DNA of 64,000 nucleotides from Eledone cirrhosa (Eukaryota), in contig OZ024743.1 of NCBI GenBank assembly GCA_964016885.1, forward strand, positions 314,278,001 to 314,342,000, given 5' to 3'. The translations under genes were made by a program, and so were the position numbers. Shown piece after piece: positions 1-12,186 of the stretch. The stretch's first letter is position 1, and each line of letters begins with the position of its first letter. Below the pieces are notes generated by a model. That model saw nothing but the letters and a program-made list of their open reading frames with translations. It did no database searches and was not told the DNA's origin.

Positions 1-118
1 TATTCGAAACTATGGGTACTAGAATGGGCAATAGGAAAAGAGTCAGGAGCCTGACGTTTCAGAAATAGCTCTCGAAACGGCCGGAGTTTAACCGTCGGGA
101 TCCTGACCCTTTTCCTAT
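1..118. mobile_element. Family A PLE-type terminal repeat remnant with fold-back
   Basis: ATAGGAAAAGAGTCAGGA...TCCTGACCCTTTTCCTAT inverted ends; similar to 2080-2190, 45263-45464, 49894-50130, 53543-53652; ends in (TA)n. Confidence 0.65.
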
Positions 119-149
119 ATATATATATATATATATATGTATATGTATC

Positions 150-325
150 TAATATAGAAATGGCTTCTACAAGCATATTTTGGCATTTATACCTTTTCTG
201 GTGGTAGGAGTGGATGGTGATTGGGATGGATGGAGGTCTAGTCCTCTAGAAGCCATTTCTATATTAAATATTTATAATCTGCTATGTATTGAGTACCTTA
301 CTGACTGTGGTTAGCCCCAGTTGAA
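150..325. repeat. Short fold-back element (20-bp inverted repeat plus tail) between (TA)n tracts
   Basis: TAATATAGAAATGGCTTCTA (150-169) is the reverse complement of 247-266. Confidence 0.6.
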
Positions 326-497
326 TATATATATATAAATAAATATACACGGGTGTGTATGATTGTGTATAGAAGATTATATTAATGAAAGGAATTCCAA
401 AATTGTCTGATTTACTCGTTTTATTTACAATCCTTTAAAATTATAATGGTATTAGAATGAAATAGTATGGTAGAATATTAAATGTTAACTGTTAATT

Positions 498-534
498 GAA
501 CAAGTACTTTCATGCTTTCGCAATCTTCAGGTTC
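498..534 (-). ncRNA. Minimal type I hammerhead ribozyme (family P; repeat ~340-540, second copy ~63295-63490)
   Basis: Minus strand: GAAC CUGAAGA U UGC-GAAA-GCA U GAAAGUACUU GUUC; stem I GAAC/GUUC, GNRA-capped stem II, palindromic stem III AGUACU. Confidence 0.75.
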
Positions 535-761
535 ATATTCTGTGGTAACAGTCAAGTTCGAACCTGCGGGTCCAGAATCAGACAGATCCACACAATGACC
601 GCGACTCGAGCTGTCCGGCGGAGAAACAATTGTAACAAACAATAAATTGAGCTCAGATGCATCACTGATTTTACATTTTCTATTCTATCATTCTCTGCTC
701 TGTAAGAGCATAGAGTGCTCAACCGGCATACCACCTATGGAAGCATCTTCGCTAACATCAG

Positions 762-811
<50 letters not shown>

Positions 812-815
<4 letters not shown>

Positions 816-1050
816 GGAAAAAATGAAACGAAAGTTCATTTCTCACTCTTAGTAGGGCTGTTACTTAAATATAAGTATGTATACGTCGCTGACGATAGCT
901 AATACGCTTGAAACTAGTACAGCGTTCCTTTGTCAGTGTTGAACAAATGAGCAACGATGGTTGCTAGAGGCTGTACGGCCTAATTCGGGATGTTTGTTTA
1001 CAAACACACCGAGCATTATAATAAATGTCCGCTGAATCCATACGTACATA
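812..1050 (+). mobile_element. Family C pseudo-LTR remnant with hammerhead motif at 883-925
   Basis: CTGACGA tagctaatacgctt GAAACTAGTA cagcgt; homologous to 43636-44480. Confidence 0.65.
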
Positions 1051-1184
1051 TATATATGTGTGCATGTATGTATATATATATATACATACTACTGTACGTC
1101 CGTATACATATATGTATGTTCGTATACATACTTATATATATATAATATATATATATGTTAGACTGTATATATGTTAGAGTATAA

Positions 1185-1366
1185 TATGTGTTTATATCTG
1201 TATTTTTGACCGTTGGTCAATCAATCATAAACATTGACGAAAAAATGAATTAACTGTGGAGATATAAAAGATACAGAAGCGAAAACACACCAAACCGTGA
1301 GTGCATTCTGTTATTATTTCTGGCAATACTATTACAACAATATGACCCTTCCCAAGTGTAACAATA
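1185..1366 (+). mobile_element. 3' end of the PLE family also at 37830-39245
   Basis: Shared TTTTTGACCGTTG...CTGGCAATA...ATGACCCT.CCCAAGT.TAACAATATA with 39070-39245. Confidence 0.65.
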
Positions 1367-1387
1367 TATATATATATATATACATAC

Positions 1388-2051
1388 AGCTATTGCTCGC
1401 ACCAACCGGAGGTATATGATTTTTAAAGCAATGAAATACCAATGAAGGTTGGAAAATCACTGACGAAGGACTATTTTTATCATATGTAACACATGTGCAA
1501 TCACGCAGTATTCTTTCTTCTCATGTTTTTTATATATAATTTCTTCAGCTGCGTTTGTCTGTTTCTCTCTTACTGCTTCCCCGCTCTCTCTGTTTCTCTC
1601 ACCTTCTTTCGCCCCCTCTGTCAGTTACACTTTATCTCGACTGGCCTCTTCCTCGCACTTCCACTCACTCACTCTCTGTTTCTCCCCTTCTCACTTCCTC
1701 CCGTTTGGCCTGTAGTGGGTTCTCTTCTTGCTCACATCTCACTCACGTCGGAAGGTCTGTATATCTCTCTCGCTCATGAAATCCACCCAGCTTAAGCTGA
1801 CCGGATTCCCATGCTGCTTGTTTTTTCCTATCTTTGCGTTGCTATCCTTGCCTGTTGTTTACTGTCTCGCTCGCTTTACGCGATTTACTTGTCCCAATAG
1901 CTTTATTTAGCTATTGCTCGCACCAACCGGAGGTATATGATTTTTAAAGCGATGTTATACCAATGAAGGTTGGAAAATCACTGAAAAAAGGACTATTTTT
2001 ATCATATGTAACCCATGTGCAACCACGCATAATTCTTTCTTCTCATGTTTT

Positions 2052-2055
<4 letters not shown>
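1388..2055 (+). mobile_element. Family K partial tandem repeat (~521-bp period), pseudo-LTR-like
   Basis: GCTATTGCTCGCACCAACCGGAGGTATATGATTTTTAAAGC... at ~1389 and ~1910; third copy ~10100-10490; flanked by (TA)n. Confidence 0.7.
1392..1466 (+). ncRNA. Candidate permuted/pseudoknotted hammerhead-like RNA with K-turn
   Basis: CCAACC GGA GGTAT A TGATTTT TAA AGCAAT GAAA TACC AATGAA GGTTGG AAAATCA CTGACGA; helices ccaacc/ggttgg, ggtat/atacc, tgatttt/aaaatca, attgct/agcaat. Confidence 0.5.
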
Positions 2056-2079
<24 letters not shown>

Positions 2080-2082
<3 letters not shown>

Positions 2083-2186
2083 CGAAGGAAATGTGGTAAG
2101 GAACCAGGTGGACCATAACGCACCAAAGTACTCAATACTTAGGGTAGTAGAGTGGGTAATAAGAACGAGTAGGCCCTACTCGTTCC

Positions 2187-2190
<4 letters not shown>
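2080..2190 (-). mobile_element. Family A terminal fragment with mini fold-back
   Basis: AACGAAGGAAATGTGGTAAGGAACCAGGTGGACC... plus hairpin GAACGAGTAG/CTACTCGTTC; flanked by (TA)n. Confidence 0.75.
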
Positions 2191-2282
<92 letters not shown>

Positions 2283-2489
2283 GTCTTTAAATAAATTACG
2301 TGGCCAACATTTGTGTCAATATATCATCAGCTGCTTAGATTTGATAGAATCATGATATTAACTACACATATTTTGGTTGTTACACCCTAATTTATACAAG
2401 TGTTACTCACTAGTAGTAGAGCGTTGATAATCCTATGAAACTGACAAGTTCACGACCGATCATATTTAGGATTATGTATACAATTATAT

Positions 2490-2635
2490 AAGGCGGTGAT
2501 GTAGCAAATTGCCGGTTAGGATGGTTTGTAGCATTTCTCCGTCTCTCTGCATTGTGAGTTCAATCCCTGCGTGGTTAACTTTGACTTTCATCCCTACCAG
2601 TTCAATAAATAAATTACCAGTCAATACGAGGTCGA
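2490..2635 (+). mobile_element. Degenerate tRNA-like SINE
   Basis: AGGCGG head, GAGTTCAATCC B-box-like motif, AACTTTGACTTTCATCC...TACCAG core. Confidence 0.6.
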
Positions 2636-5085
2636 ATCTCTATCCCTATGTCACCCTCACTCCCTCTCTCTCCTGATGTTTCTTTCTGTAATCGGGTGTA
2701 TTCCGACATAGAGGAGTGGTCTACACCCATTCTACATGTCAAATACAATGGTGACCATATTACTCCATATGTAGTAATAAACCATAGATTATTGGGTGGA
2801 TACCATGATATGCTTATTCAAATGTAATTTATGTAATCAAACTTTGAGCTGAGTCTATTGTAGTATTACTCACATTACATTGACAGTCAATGGAGCATCT
2901 AAATGAATGGCACCATATTTCTTTCCGCTCGCTGCACGTCTGTTCAAATCCCGACGAGGCCTATTTTCTATTTAAGCCTCTCGGAGCCAAATAATATATT
3001 GGGACATTCCATAATACTGCAGTTTTTATACTTCTTTTGTTTTTAAAGATTATGATTAACTGCACTTTTCAAAGCTTGCACTAATAATGAGGACAAGGTG
3101 AATGAAATATCTACTTTTATTGCATGCAATTAAAAAAGAACGCAATATGAGCTAGTTCTGATACCGTGGATTCGCATGATTGTTAAATTGTTGGACGGGA
3201 TGTTTTTCGGTGCTTGGTTAGACTCTGTTTCCTCTGGATTCAAATTGCCAACTACCACAGGAGAGAAGTGACGAGGAAAGGAAGGGGAATTTACGTTTGT
3301 AAAACGGTTACGTCATTAATGGAAACCTTATAACAAATTATAATTCCTGGAAAGCAAATATCACCATCATGGCAGCATTCGATAACTGCACTTAAAACAA
3401 CCGTAACAAATGTCATGGCAATTTGAAATCAGCAGTCAGAAAATAGTTCAGTATCATTGAAATACACTTAGACATTCATCAAATACATATATATATATAT
3501 ATAATAGATAGACCACAATGCTTATTTTATATATGTATTCCTTTCTGACATTTTAATATCGCGTCTTACGTATTATGTGGATATGCTACAAAAGACCATT
3601 TATCTGATATATGGCATTACAACGATGTGTTACTAATGGATATACATAAAATAACCCCTACACCAATCTATATATACTTATATACTAGAATAGTATAGTT
3701 TTTAAATAGAAATCTACCGTGATATTTATTTTGTACTTTGTTTTGAAAGGATTCTAACTACATATATATGTCTATCTCATTCTCCTCTGTTTTTGTTTGT
3801 GTGTGCATGCATATGCTTTTATGTGTGTATATACATTAAAAATGTTACTTAATCTTGTACGTACGTATCTAGACCTTTTGTCATTATTGTTGTTCGTGAT
3901 ATACTTTTCGTCTTTTATGCAAAATAATCCGGTTGTATTCATAGATATTTCCGAGAACACCATACTCAATAATATATTTCTCAGTTTCCTACAAATGTCT
4001 TCGTTTAATCCACCTCTATATTACAAGTATTTTTTATTAAGTTAAAATATTGTTTTCAAAAATGAGAAACTTTGTGATATCACCGGATGTCTACCGTTAT
4101 CGTATTGTTACATATTTATAAATATTATTTCATTGTATTGTCGAAGAAAGGTGAAAAGTATGTCGATAGAAATACATTGTATGATTGTATTTTTCCATTG
4201 TTTATTACTCAACCTATTCTTCATATATATCTTATTTATTCATGCTTTCATTATAAAATACGAAGCAGCGTATTTTAATATAATTCTAAAACTCTTGTGG
4301 GGGCGAATTTGAAATGGAAAGATGAATTGTGATAACCTAATTATAGTATACGGTTAATATACGAATTGTATCGTATATTCCTCGCTATCGTCTGGAATAG
4401 CGACTTTGATATTCTGTCCATCGGGACCAAGAGGCAACATAGAATCCATCTTGTTTTGTTTTGTTTCGTTTCGTTTTGTTTCAAAATGAAAAGGTGTTTT
4501 CAATGAATTTATATTTACACAGTTTTGTATTTTGCTCAGTTGAATATGCATCAAAAGAACGAGAAATTTCCTATGCAATACAATATCATGAGAGGTGGGT
4601 GCACATCACGGTGTATTTACTTGTATATGTGTGTTAAGTGTGGTGTTGGTGGAGATGTATGTTCATACATATGTATGAGCGTATGTATTCTAGTATGCGT
4701 GTTTAGCAGAGATGTGTGGTTGTAGGTTGATGTATGCAAGTGTGTATATGTGCACATTTCAAGGTAGATAAAATCCAGGATTTAGAAAGACTAGTTGAAT
4801 GGTAGAGGTGTATCTGTGTAGGCAGGTGAGACTGTAGTGAGAAACGAATTGTGGATAGTGACAGGGGATATATATCTGTATGTAGTTGCCAACTGAGAGT
4901 ACTCAATACCGAAGTAGAATTCAAATATCCATTTTGTTAATGCAAAATAGTGAATTTTGTTCCTCTGGTGTTTCGTCTGCTTCTCACGGGGCTAGAAGAA
5001 AGAGTAGATTTCTTAAATCATTTTATATCTTACAAATATTTCTATACGGAGAATCAAAACAAAACTTATGCTTTGACAATATAGT

Positions 5086-5285
5086 AAATAATTGTTTCTA
5101 CTTTTGGCACAAGGCCAGCAATTACCCAGTGTATTATTTTATCGACCAGTACTTTATTTTATCTACCCGGTAAGGATGAAAGGCAAAGTTAACCTCGGCG
5201 GGATTTGAACTCAGAATGGCAAGGGCCGTAACTCTATGCGTCAAAGCATGACGTCCGACCCTCTACCGATACTGCCAATCCATCA
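5086..5285 (-). mobile_element. tRNA-like SINE (abundant family)
   Basis: Reverse complement of GAGTTCAAATCCCGCCGAGGTTAACTTTGCCTTTCATCC...GTACTGG; matches 31815-32006. Confidence 0.85.
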
Positions 5286-6009
5286 ATGCAAAAGATATAT
5301 ATTGATCATAGCAACATATTATTATTCATAACGTAGATCATCATAGGGATAAATAATGACCTGATGAAAAGCAAGTCTAAAATGAAACACTAAGTTGTCT
5401 TGAGGGATGACTATATATATATATATATATATGGAGGAAGTTATAGTTCACTTGAAGCATTGTGTAATGAGGTATAAACGTTTGTATATGTATAATAAAG
5501 CCGGGTATGGACATAGAATAAAGAATGCAAATGCAAAAGATATTGTTGACAATTAGTCTTTTACCTTAGATTTATTTAAATATCCTTAATTTTCGAGATA
5601 ATATCTCTTCTTCGGAGGGAAGTAAAGCGTTTAAACCAGTGTTCTAATTAGCTTGCCAAATCATGCTGACAGGAAATGGTATAGAGTATCTGTTCTATCT
5701 CTAATGTCAAAGAGTTAAGGTTAGGTGGATAAAGAGTAGACTCCCTTTAAAAGTTTTTTTGTACAGGATTGTTTAAGTGTGTGGGAGAATGCGTGAATGT
5801 GTAAGTATGTGTGTGTGTGTGTGTGTGTGAGTGTGAGAAGATATGTCTATACGTAAATGTGGGGGATAGATATTCTCTCGTGTTAGAACTGGTCTTTGTG
5901 TGTGTATGTGTGCGTGTGAGAGAGAATAAGTGGAGGTGTAAGTGTGTGTGTGTGTGTGCGTGCGCATGTGTATGCGTGTGTGTGGGAGGGGGTGTAAATA
6001 TGGGGCTAG

Positions 6010-7700
6010 ATGCTCTATCAAGTTATACATTGGGTGTTGAGTTCTAGTCTATTTTTGATTGGTGGTTGTGTTTTTTCTATAATTAGTGTTTCCTTAATTC
6101 TAAGATTGCCGAGGTTTCTTTCCTTAGTTTCTATCCTAACTGTTATGGTTTTGTCGGTGTTTTTGAATGTAACTAGGTGTTTCTTAAATGAGGAAGCGTT
6201 AGTATTGAGATGTTCTTTTATTCTTATGTGGAGTGGTCTAGTGGTGCTACCTACGTAGAAGTTGCTGCATTTGTCGCACTCTAATCTGTATACGATGTAA
6301 GCCTGGTGGAATAGTTCTGTGTCGTTGATGGGGCAGTTGGCTAGCCTGCAGCGGTTGTCATGTCTGGTGGAGTGTCTTTTGGTTAGCTGTCCGCGTAGAG
6401 AAAGACCTGAGTGGGCCAGTTGGATATCTAGTCCCTCTCGTTTAATAGCTCTGCGGATGGCTGTTGTTGTTTCGTCACTGAAGTGTGGGAGCTTCAGGAA
6501 GCAAGTGTTAGTGGCTCGGGTGTGGTGTCCTCTGTTCTTTCTGGCACGGTTTGTGGTGGATGTCGTGTATCCGTTCAGTTTGAGTACTTCCAGGAAATGT
6601 GTGGTGTGTGTGTCTCGGTCTCTAGCGTCGGTGCATTTGTTCCGGATACCTGTAGTTCATTCCTTATGTATCCGAACTTAGCGCCGGCTGGGAGGGCCGA
6701 TCTGAAATGTACGAACAGGTCCCTGCTGGCGGCTTTTTTATAGAAGCAGGTGTGGATGTTGCCTTCCTCTGTTACCCTGAGTTGGAAGTCCAGTAGGGAT
6801 AGGGATCCGCGGTCATCGGGATGTTCCATGCTGAACTTTATACTGGCGTCCATGCTGGAGAATGTTGTGTATATTATATCCGCCTCCTCACGGCATGATT
6901 TAAGGATGAGTATGTCATCTACATATCGGGTGAAGAAGGTATGGGAATGGCAGGTGTTGAGGGCTCGGCATTCTAGCTAGTTCATATAGCTGATGGCCAG
7001 CAGGCCCGATAGGCTGCATCCCATGGGTAATCCTGTTGTATGTCTGTATGTGTGGTGATGGAAAGTGAAGTATGTGTTGTCCACTGTGAAGGACAAAAGC
7101 TGGTGTATGTCCGTCGGATGGAGGCCGTAGCATTGGATGTCCTCTGCGACCACGCAGTCCGCCAATAAATCAACAGCTGGATGAGCGGCGACTGTAGTGT
7201 AGGGGGAGACAACGTCGAGGCTAAAGGCGTATGTATTTAGTTTAAGTTGTTCAGGCTGGAGTGGGTGTAGTCTACGTATGACTTCGTCGGAGCTACTGAC
7301 ATGCCCGGGGAAGCTGGAGAGTAGACGCTTGAGGACCTGGGAGAGGAGCCAGGAAATTGTGTATAGGGGTTCTTCTATGCTAGAGACGATGGGTCTTATT
7401 TGTGTCTTAGTACTATTCTTGTGGGTCTTGATGAGGTGGTAGAAAGTGGGCAGTCTGCCATTTCTAGTGGTGTGGTTGAGCTTAACTTTATTTGGGAGTT
7501 GTCTTCTCCTACAGATGTCGAACCAGATGGAGTTGGTCTGTTTTTCGATCTGGGCTGCAGTCATGTCCGGGATCTCTGTATATAGTACATTGTCGCTTAG
7601 GTGTTCAAAGGCTAGGTTGTTGTATATGGCTTGAGAGATGACGAAAATCTCTTTACCTTTGTCGGATGGTAAGTATATAAGTTCCCTATTCCGTAGGTTC
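6010..7700 (-). pseudogene. Disrupted PLE reverse transcriptase + GIY-YIG endonuclease
   Basis: LPTFYHLIKTHK..IRPIVS, FSLDVVSPYT, GLPMGCSLSGLLA, RYVDD (~6915-6930), LLDFQL..FYKKAA, IVYRLECDKCSNFYVGSTTRPLHIRIKEH (~6210-6300); stops and frameshifts. Confidence 0.92.
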
Positions 7701-7876
7701 TCGCACTCACTTAAACACGCATGTACTAAAAAAAAAAAACACTTTTAAAGGGAGACTAATCTTTATCCACCTAACCTTAACTCTTTGACATTAGAGATAG
7801 AACAGATACTCTATACCATTTCCTGTCAGCATTACTTGGCAAGCTATTTAGAACAGTGGTTTAATCGCTTTACTTC

Positions 7877-7911
7877 CCTCCGAAGAAGAGATATTATCTC
7901 GAAAATTAAGG
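7877..7911 (+). ncRNA. Hammerhead-like motif with CCGAAGA core (mirror copy 5584-5618, minus)
   Basis: CCT CCGAAGA A GAGATA T TATCTC GAAAATTA AGG; palindromic stem III AATT. Confidence 0.5.
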
Positions 7912-8028
7912 ACATTTAAATAAATCTAAGGTAAAAGACTAACTGTCAACAATATCTTTTGCATTTGCATTCTTTATTCTATATCAATACCTGCATTGTT
8001 TTGGCTTTATTATACATATACAAACGTT

Positions 8029-8059
<31 letters not shown>

Positions 8060-8063
8060 ATAT

Positions 8064-8759
8064 AGAGATTACAATAATCAAAGTTCAGTTTAAATCATTT
8101 ATTTGCTTACAATTGTTTCCTCCAAACCGAGGTTTGGATTCTTCGGAGCAACTATCTAGTGATCTATAACATACTTGACCTCCTTTTCAACACAAGGGAC
8201 ATATAATGTCTGATTCTACAAGTAACAATCTGCCGCACTCTAATCCTGTATAAATGAGACACGCGTGCATGCCACACGTGAGATTGTTTCATACACTGAC
8301 TACTCTAAACTTTCCTCTTGCTTTATCTTCATAAACTGCCAATGTTTTATTTTTATTTTTATTTTTATTTTAATCCTTTAATCTTAAATTGCCATGCTAT
8401 ATCATTATGATGGATGTCAACCCACTGTGGGTCAATATATGCATATGTTTTTATATGTCCCTTGTGTTGAAAAGGATGTCAAGTATGTTATAGATCACTA
8501 AATAGTTGCTCCGAAGAATCCAAACCTCGGTTTGGAGGAAACAATTGTAAGCAAATAAATGATTTAAACTGAACTTTGATTATTGTAATCTCTATATAAC
8601 TGCTCTGTAAAACAACTGGTGTTATTACATTGAGCTATTTATCTTACTGGTAATAAGATAGTAATGAATGACTATCTTTCACTATTTTGTATTTATATAT
8701 AAAAACTATATAACCATAAAAGGTTTTATTATATACATAACCATAAATAGTATCCTTAA

Positions 8760-8760
<1 letters not shown>
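8064..8760 (+). mobile_element. Family L pseudo-LTR remnant with ~140-bp inverted repeats
   Basis: 8064-8200 is the reverse complement of ~8457-8598; flanked by (TA)n. Confidence 0.75.
8506..8554 (+). ncRNA. Hammerhead-like motif with CCGAAGA core (mirror copy 8103-8151, minus)
   Basis: TTGCT CCGAAGA A TCCAAACC TC GGTTTGGA G GAAACAATTGTA AGCAA; perfect stems I and II, palindromic ACAATTGT. Confidence 0.62.
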
Positions 8761-8800
<40 letters not shown>

Positions 8801-8810
8801 AACTTTAATA

Positions 8811-8886
<76 letters not shown>

Positions 8887-9379
8887 TTAGGCAAGAACGC
8901 TATTGTTTATTTTAGATAAATAAAAAAACAATGTCACGCTCCGCTGTTGGTCTGCAAAGCGGAGCAGAGGCAGTCGAGATGGTGTTAGTCAAAGCCAGAC
9001 TTGATCCGCCTAACAAAGGACTTGCAGTTGAGGTCTTCCCAATTAGGTTGGACCGTAGTATACTGGGGATAGAGAGGCCTTCACCTGTCTAGTAGGCCAG
9101 AGCCTGTTCCATCTCAGTGGCCAGGTCAGGTTCGGCCGACTGATTGAGAACCTCGCTGACGAGTGGGCGACGGGAAGATATAGAGAGGAGGTAGTCGGGT
9201 AAAGCTCGATCCGAAGCTGATGGGAGGCCGGACCCACCGAACCTCGCCGGAGTGTTACCTGTTACGAAGCTGCGCTGTCGAAACTGACATTGCAGATGAG
9301 TTCTACCCCCACGCAGATCTCGGGGAACTTGACGCCACCATTCGACGCTCTTTGTGTGTGTGTGTATATATGTGTGTGT

Positions 9380-9418
<39 letters not shown>

Positions 9419-9440
9419 TATTTATGTGTTTGTGTGTGTA

Positions 9441-9520
<80 letters not shown>

Positions 9521-9730
9521 TGTGCGCGAAATGTAAATGGAAAATTCGTAACAGACAATGAAGTACAATGAAGATATATATTAGTTTCCCGATCAATATT
9601 TTGGGAAAAGTCTCACCTAGATGCGAATTTTTCATCAGAAAATAGAATGAAAAATACGGGAAAGTGAGCTAGGGAAGAAACGGGTACAGTTTCATAAAAA
9701 AAAGCAAGTCTGTTCATCTCACATTCTATT

Positions 9731-9849
<119 letters not shown>

Positions 9850-9894
9850 AAGTTTGTTTTGAAACACCGAGTGAAGTTTGAAATTTAGTAGAAA

Positions 9895-10080
9895 TAGAAG
9901 CTTTCGCCTTATTTTCTTACTACAGAAATTTTAACCCGATAGTGGGGTTTAACAGCCTATAAATGGAAAACGACGAGTATTGACGAACACGTCAATACTC
10001 GTCCTTTTCTAGTTTTTATAGATTTTTAAACCCCACTATCAGGCTAAAATTCCTTTGGTCAAAGGTACGGCGAAAGCAGA
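9895..10080. repeat. Degenerate ~90-bp-arm palindrome
   Basis: GCTTTCGCC..GATAGTGGGGTTTAA..GACGAGTATTGACG / CGTCAATACTCGTC..TTAAACCCCACTATC..GGCGAAAGC. Confidence 0.7.
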
Positions 10081-10099
10081 TATGTATATATATATATAT

Positions 10100-10485
10100 A
10101 TCTGGTTGTTCCCTTTTTCTCTCTTGTCTACGATTTTACAGAACTTATGTTCACCGAATTCAGGGACTAGACTCCTTCTTCCTCCCGTTTGACCTGTGCG
10201 AAATTCCTTCCTTGCTCACATTTCGACTAGGTTTGATGGTCTTTATTCTCTCTCGTTCACGATTTCACCGAATTTATATTCATGGAAATCTGGGACTTGA
10301 CTCTTTCTTCCTCACTTTCCGTTGCATTACCATCTTTGTTTGTTTAGTCTCGCTCCTTCCCCTTATTTACGTGTCCCAACGACTTTTTTTAGCCGTTGCT
10401 CGCACAAACCAGAGGTATATGGTCTTTAAAGCGATGAAATACCAATGAAGGTTGGAAAATCACTGATGAAGGACTAACTTTATTC

Positions 10486-10490
<5 letters not shown>
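10100..10490 (+). mobile_element. Family K copy including the permuted hammerhead-like motif (10395-10469)
   Basis: AGAGGTATATGGTCTTTAAAGCGATGAAATACCAATGAAGGTTGGAAAATCACTGATGA. Confidence 0.7.
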
Positions 10491-10516
<26 letters not shown>

Positions 10517-10577
10517 TAGGAAAAGAGTCAGGACCCGACAGCGGAGCCTCGACCGTTTCGACAGCTAGGAGTAGGAA

Positions 10578-10745
10578 TAACTGTTTCTACTTTTGGCACA
10601 AGGCCAACAATTATCCAAGTGTATTACTGCTACTTTATTTCACCGACCCCGTAAGGATGAAAGGCAAAGGTAACCTCGGCGTATTTCTTTCCCTTTCATC
10701 CTTACGGGATCGATAAAATAAAGTACCAGTAATACACTGTGATGA
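10578..10745. mobile_element. Two SINE fragments in inverted orientation
   Basis: CCCCGTAAGGATGAAAGG followed by CCTTTCATCCTTACGGG. Confidence 0.75.
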
Positions 10746-11193
10746 TACACTAGCAGTAGTAATAAGATAGATACACAGACCAAAATTAAGATAGTACTCT
10801 TAGAGCAAACTATTATTAAAAGTTTAAGCAAATAATTTCTGCTTTCACCCTAAGTGGCATCATCCGAACATGTTCTATCCCAGTCTGTCGTCCTAGTTTT
10901 TAGAAAGTGAAACTTTTCCCTTATAATTATTTACTGCCCGATTTTACTCACCTCTCATATTATCAAGATATTTAAGAAGGTGGTGAGATTACAAATAACT
11001 CACCTCCTCGAAACCAACAATCTGATGTTCTCCGGCCAACTGGGGCTTTGTGATTTTTTAAATGAAAAAAAAATGAGTGAAAGTATAAGTATATAAATGG
11101 AATCGAAAATGCAAGTGGAGTCTTTTAAAGAATATGTATTTGTTTCCTTTGCCGATTTCACTGTTCTCATGATTTTCAATAGTAGAATTGAGA

Positions 11194-11233
<40 letters not shown>

Positions 11234-11239
11234 TTTTTC

Positions 11240-12077
11240 TTTATTAAAATAACAGATTAAATTTTAAGCAAAGTATCGCTGCTTTCATCCTTAACACGAT
11301 CTTCTGAAACTAACAAAGTCAATCTGTAAACGCAGTAGTAAATATTTCAAAAAACGTTTAATTATTTGTATACAGGCACACACACACACACATATTTATA
11401 TGTGCGTGTATTTGTATACATATGGCGAGTGTTTTCGCGTATGCTTGTGTACATACGTATTTGGATGCGTGTATGTATTTATTTTATATAATTTCAATTA
11501 CCTCTGTATTTTATTTACTTTATTCTTAACTCTGAAGCGGAGAATCATTCGGTTTCCTAGTTAGAATTTTAGTCTACGACTTCAGTTATACCATTTACGT
11601 GGTTTTGTATTTGCGTGCAATTGTTCTCCACGCTCCACGTATGACGTATTATCTTCGTTTTTCCGTTCATTGCCAGAGAACGTGTCTATGAACCCCATAA
11701 GAGAATATTAGTCTACGACTTCTTTTATACCATAAACGTGGTTCTGTCTTTACGTGTAATTGTTTCTCACCGCTCCAAATAATGACGTATTATATTCGTT
11801 TTTTCCCGTTCTTTGACAAGGAACGTTTCCATGAACCAAAATATCGCCTTCCTGTCTTCCTGCGGTTGCAACGTTTTTTGAAATATTCACTTCTGCATTT
11901 ACAGATTGACTTTGTTAGTTTCAGAAGATCCCGTTAAGGGTGAAAGCAGCGATTCTTTGGTTGCACTTTAATCTGTTATTTTAATAAATATTTGCTCTAC
12001 GCTTCTTATATATTTGATATATATTTATCCTTATCGAGCCCTCTTTGGACTATAGTCTTCAAATTTATTATTATTAC

Positions 12078-12078
<1 letters not shown>
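11240..12078 (+). mobile_element. Family D PLE 3' UTR/pseudo-LTR with inverted arm 11240-11370
   Basis: Matches 31400-32200, which lies downstream of a GIY-YIG ORF; internal duplication AGTCTACGACTTC; CAGAAGATCCCGTTAAGGGTGAAAGC motif. Confidence 0.8.
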
Positions 12079-12168
<90 letters not shown>

Positions 12169-12186
12169 CTATATATGTATATATAT

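Larger units (their letters stand above)
5432..8030 (-). mobile_element. Penelope-like element family B, 5'-truncated, with inverted pseudo-LTR
   Basis: ~290-bp inverted repeats 5474-5760 / 7735-8030 around RT and GIY-YIG coding remnants; (TA)n on both flanks. Confidence 0.92.

Noticed and set aside
1441-1466. ATGAA..AAA..TGA as a SECIS element, or J/K as a box C/D snoRNA or SAM-I riboswitch
   Set aside because: Helix too short for a SECIS; K-turn strands are in D-then-C order; SAM-binding nucleotides are absent.
4354-4450. Short protein-like ORF end MDSMLPLGPDGQNIKVAIPDDSEEYTIQFVY
   Set aside because: No recognisable homology or polypyrimidine acceptor; cannot be supported without RNA data.
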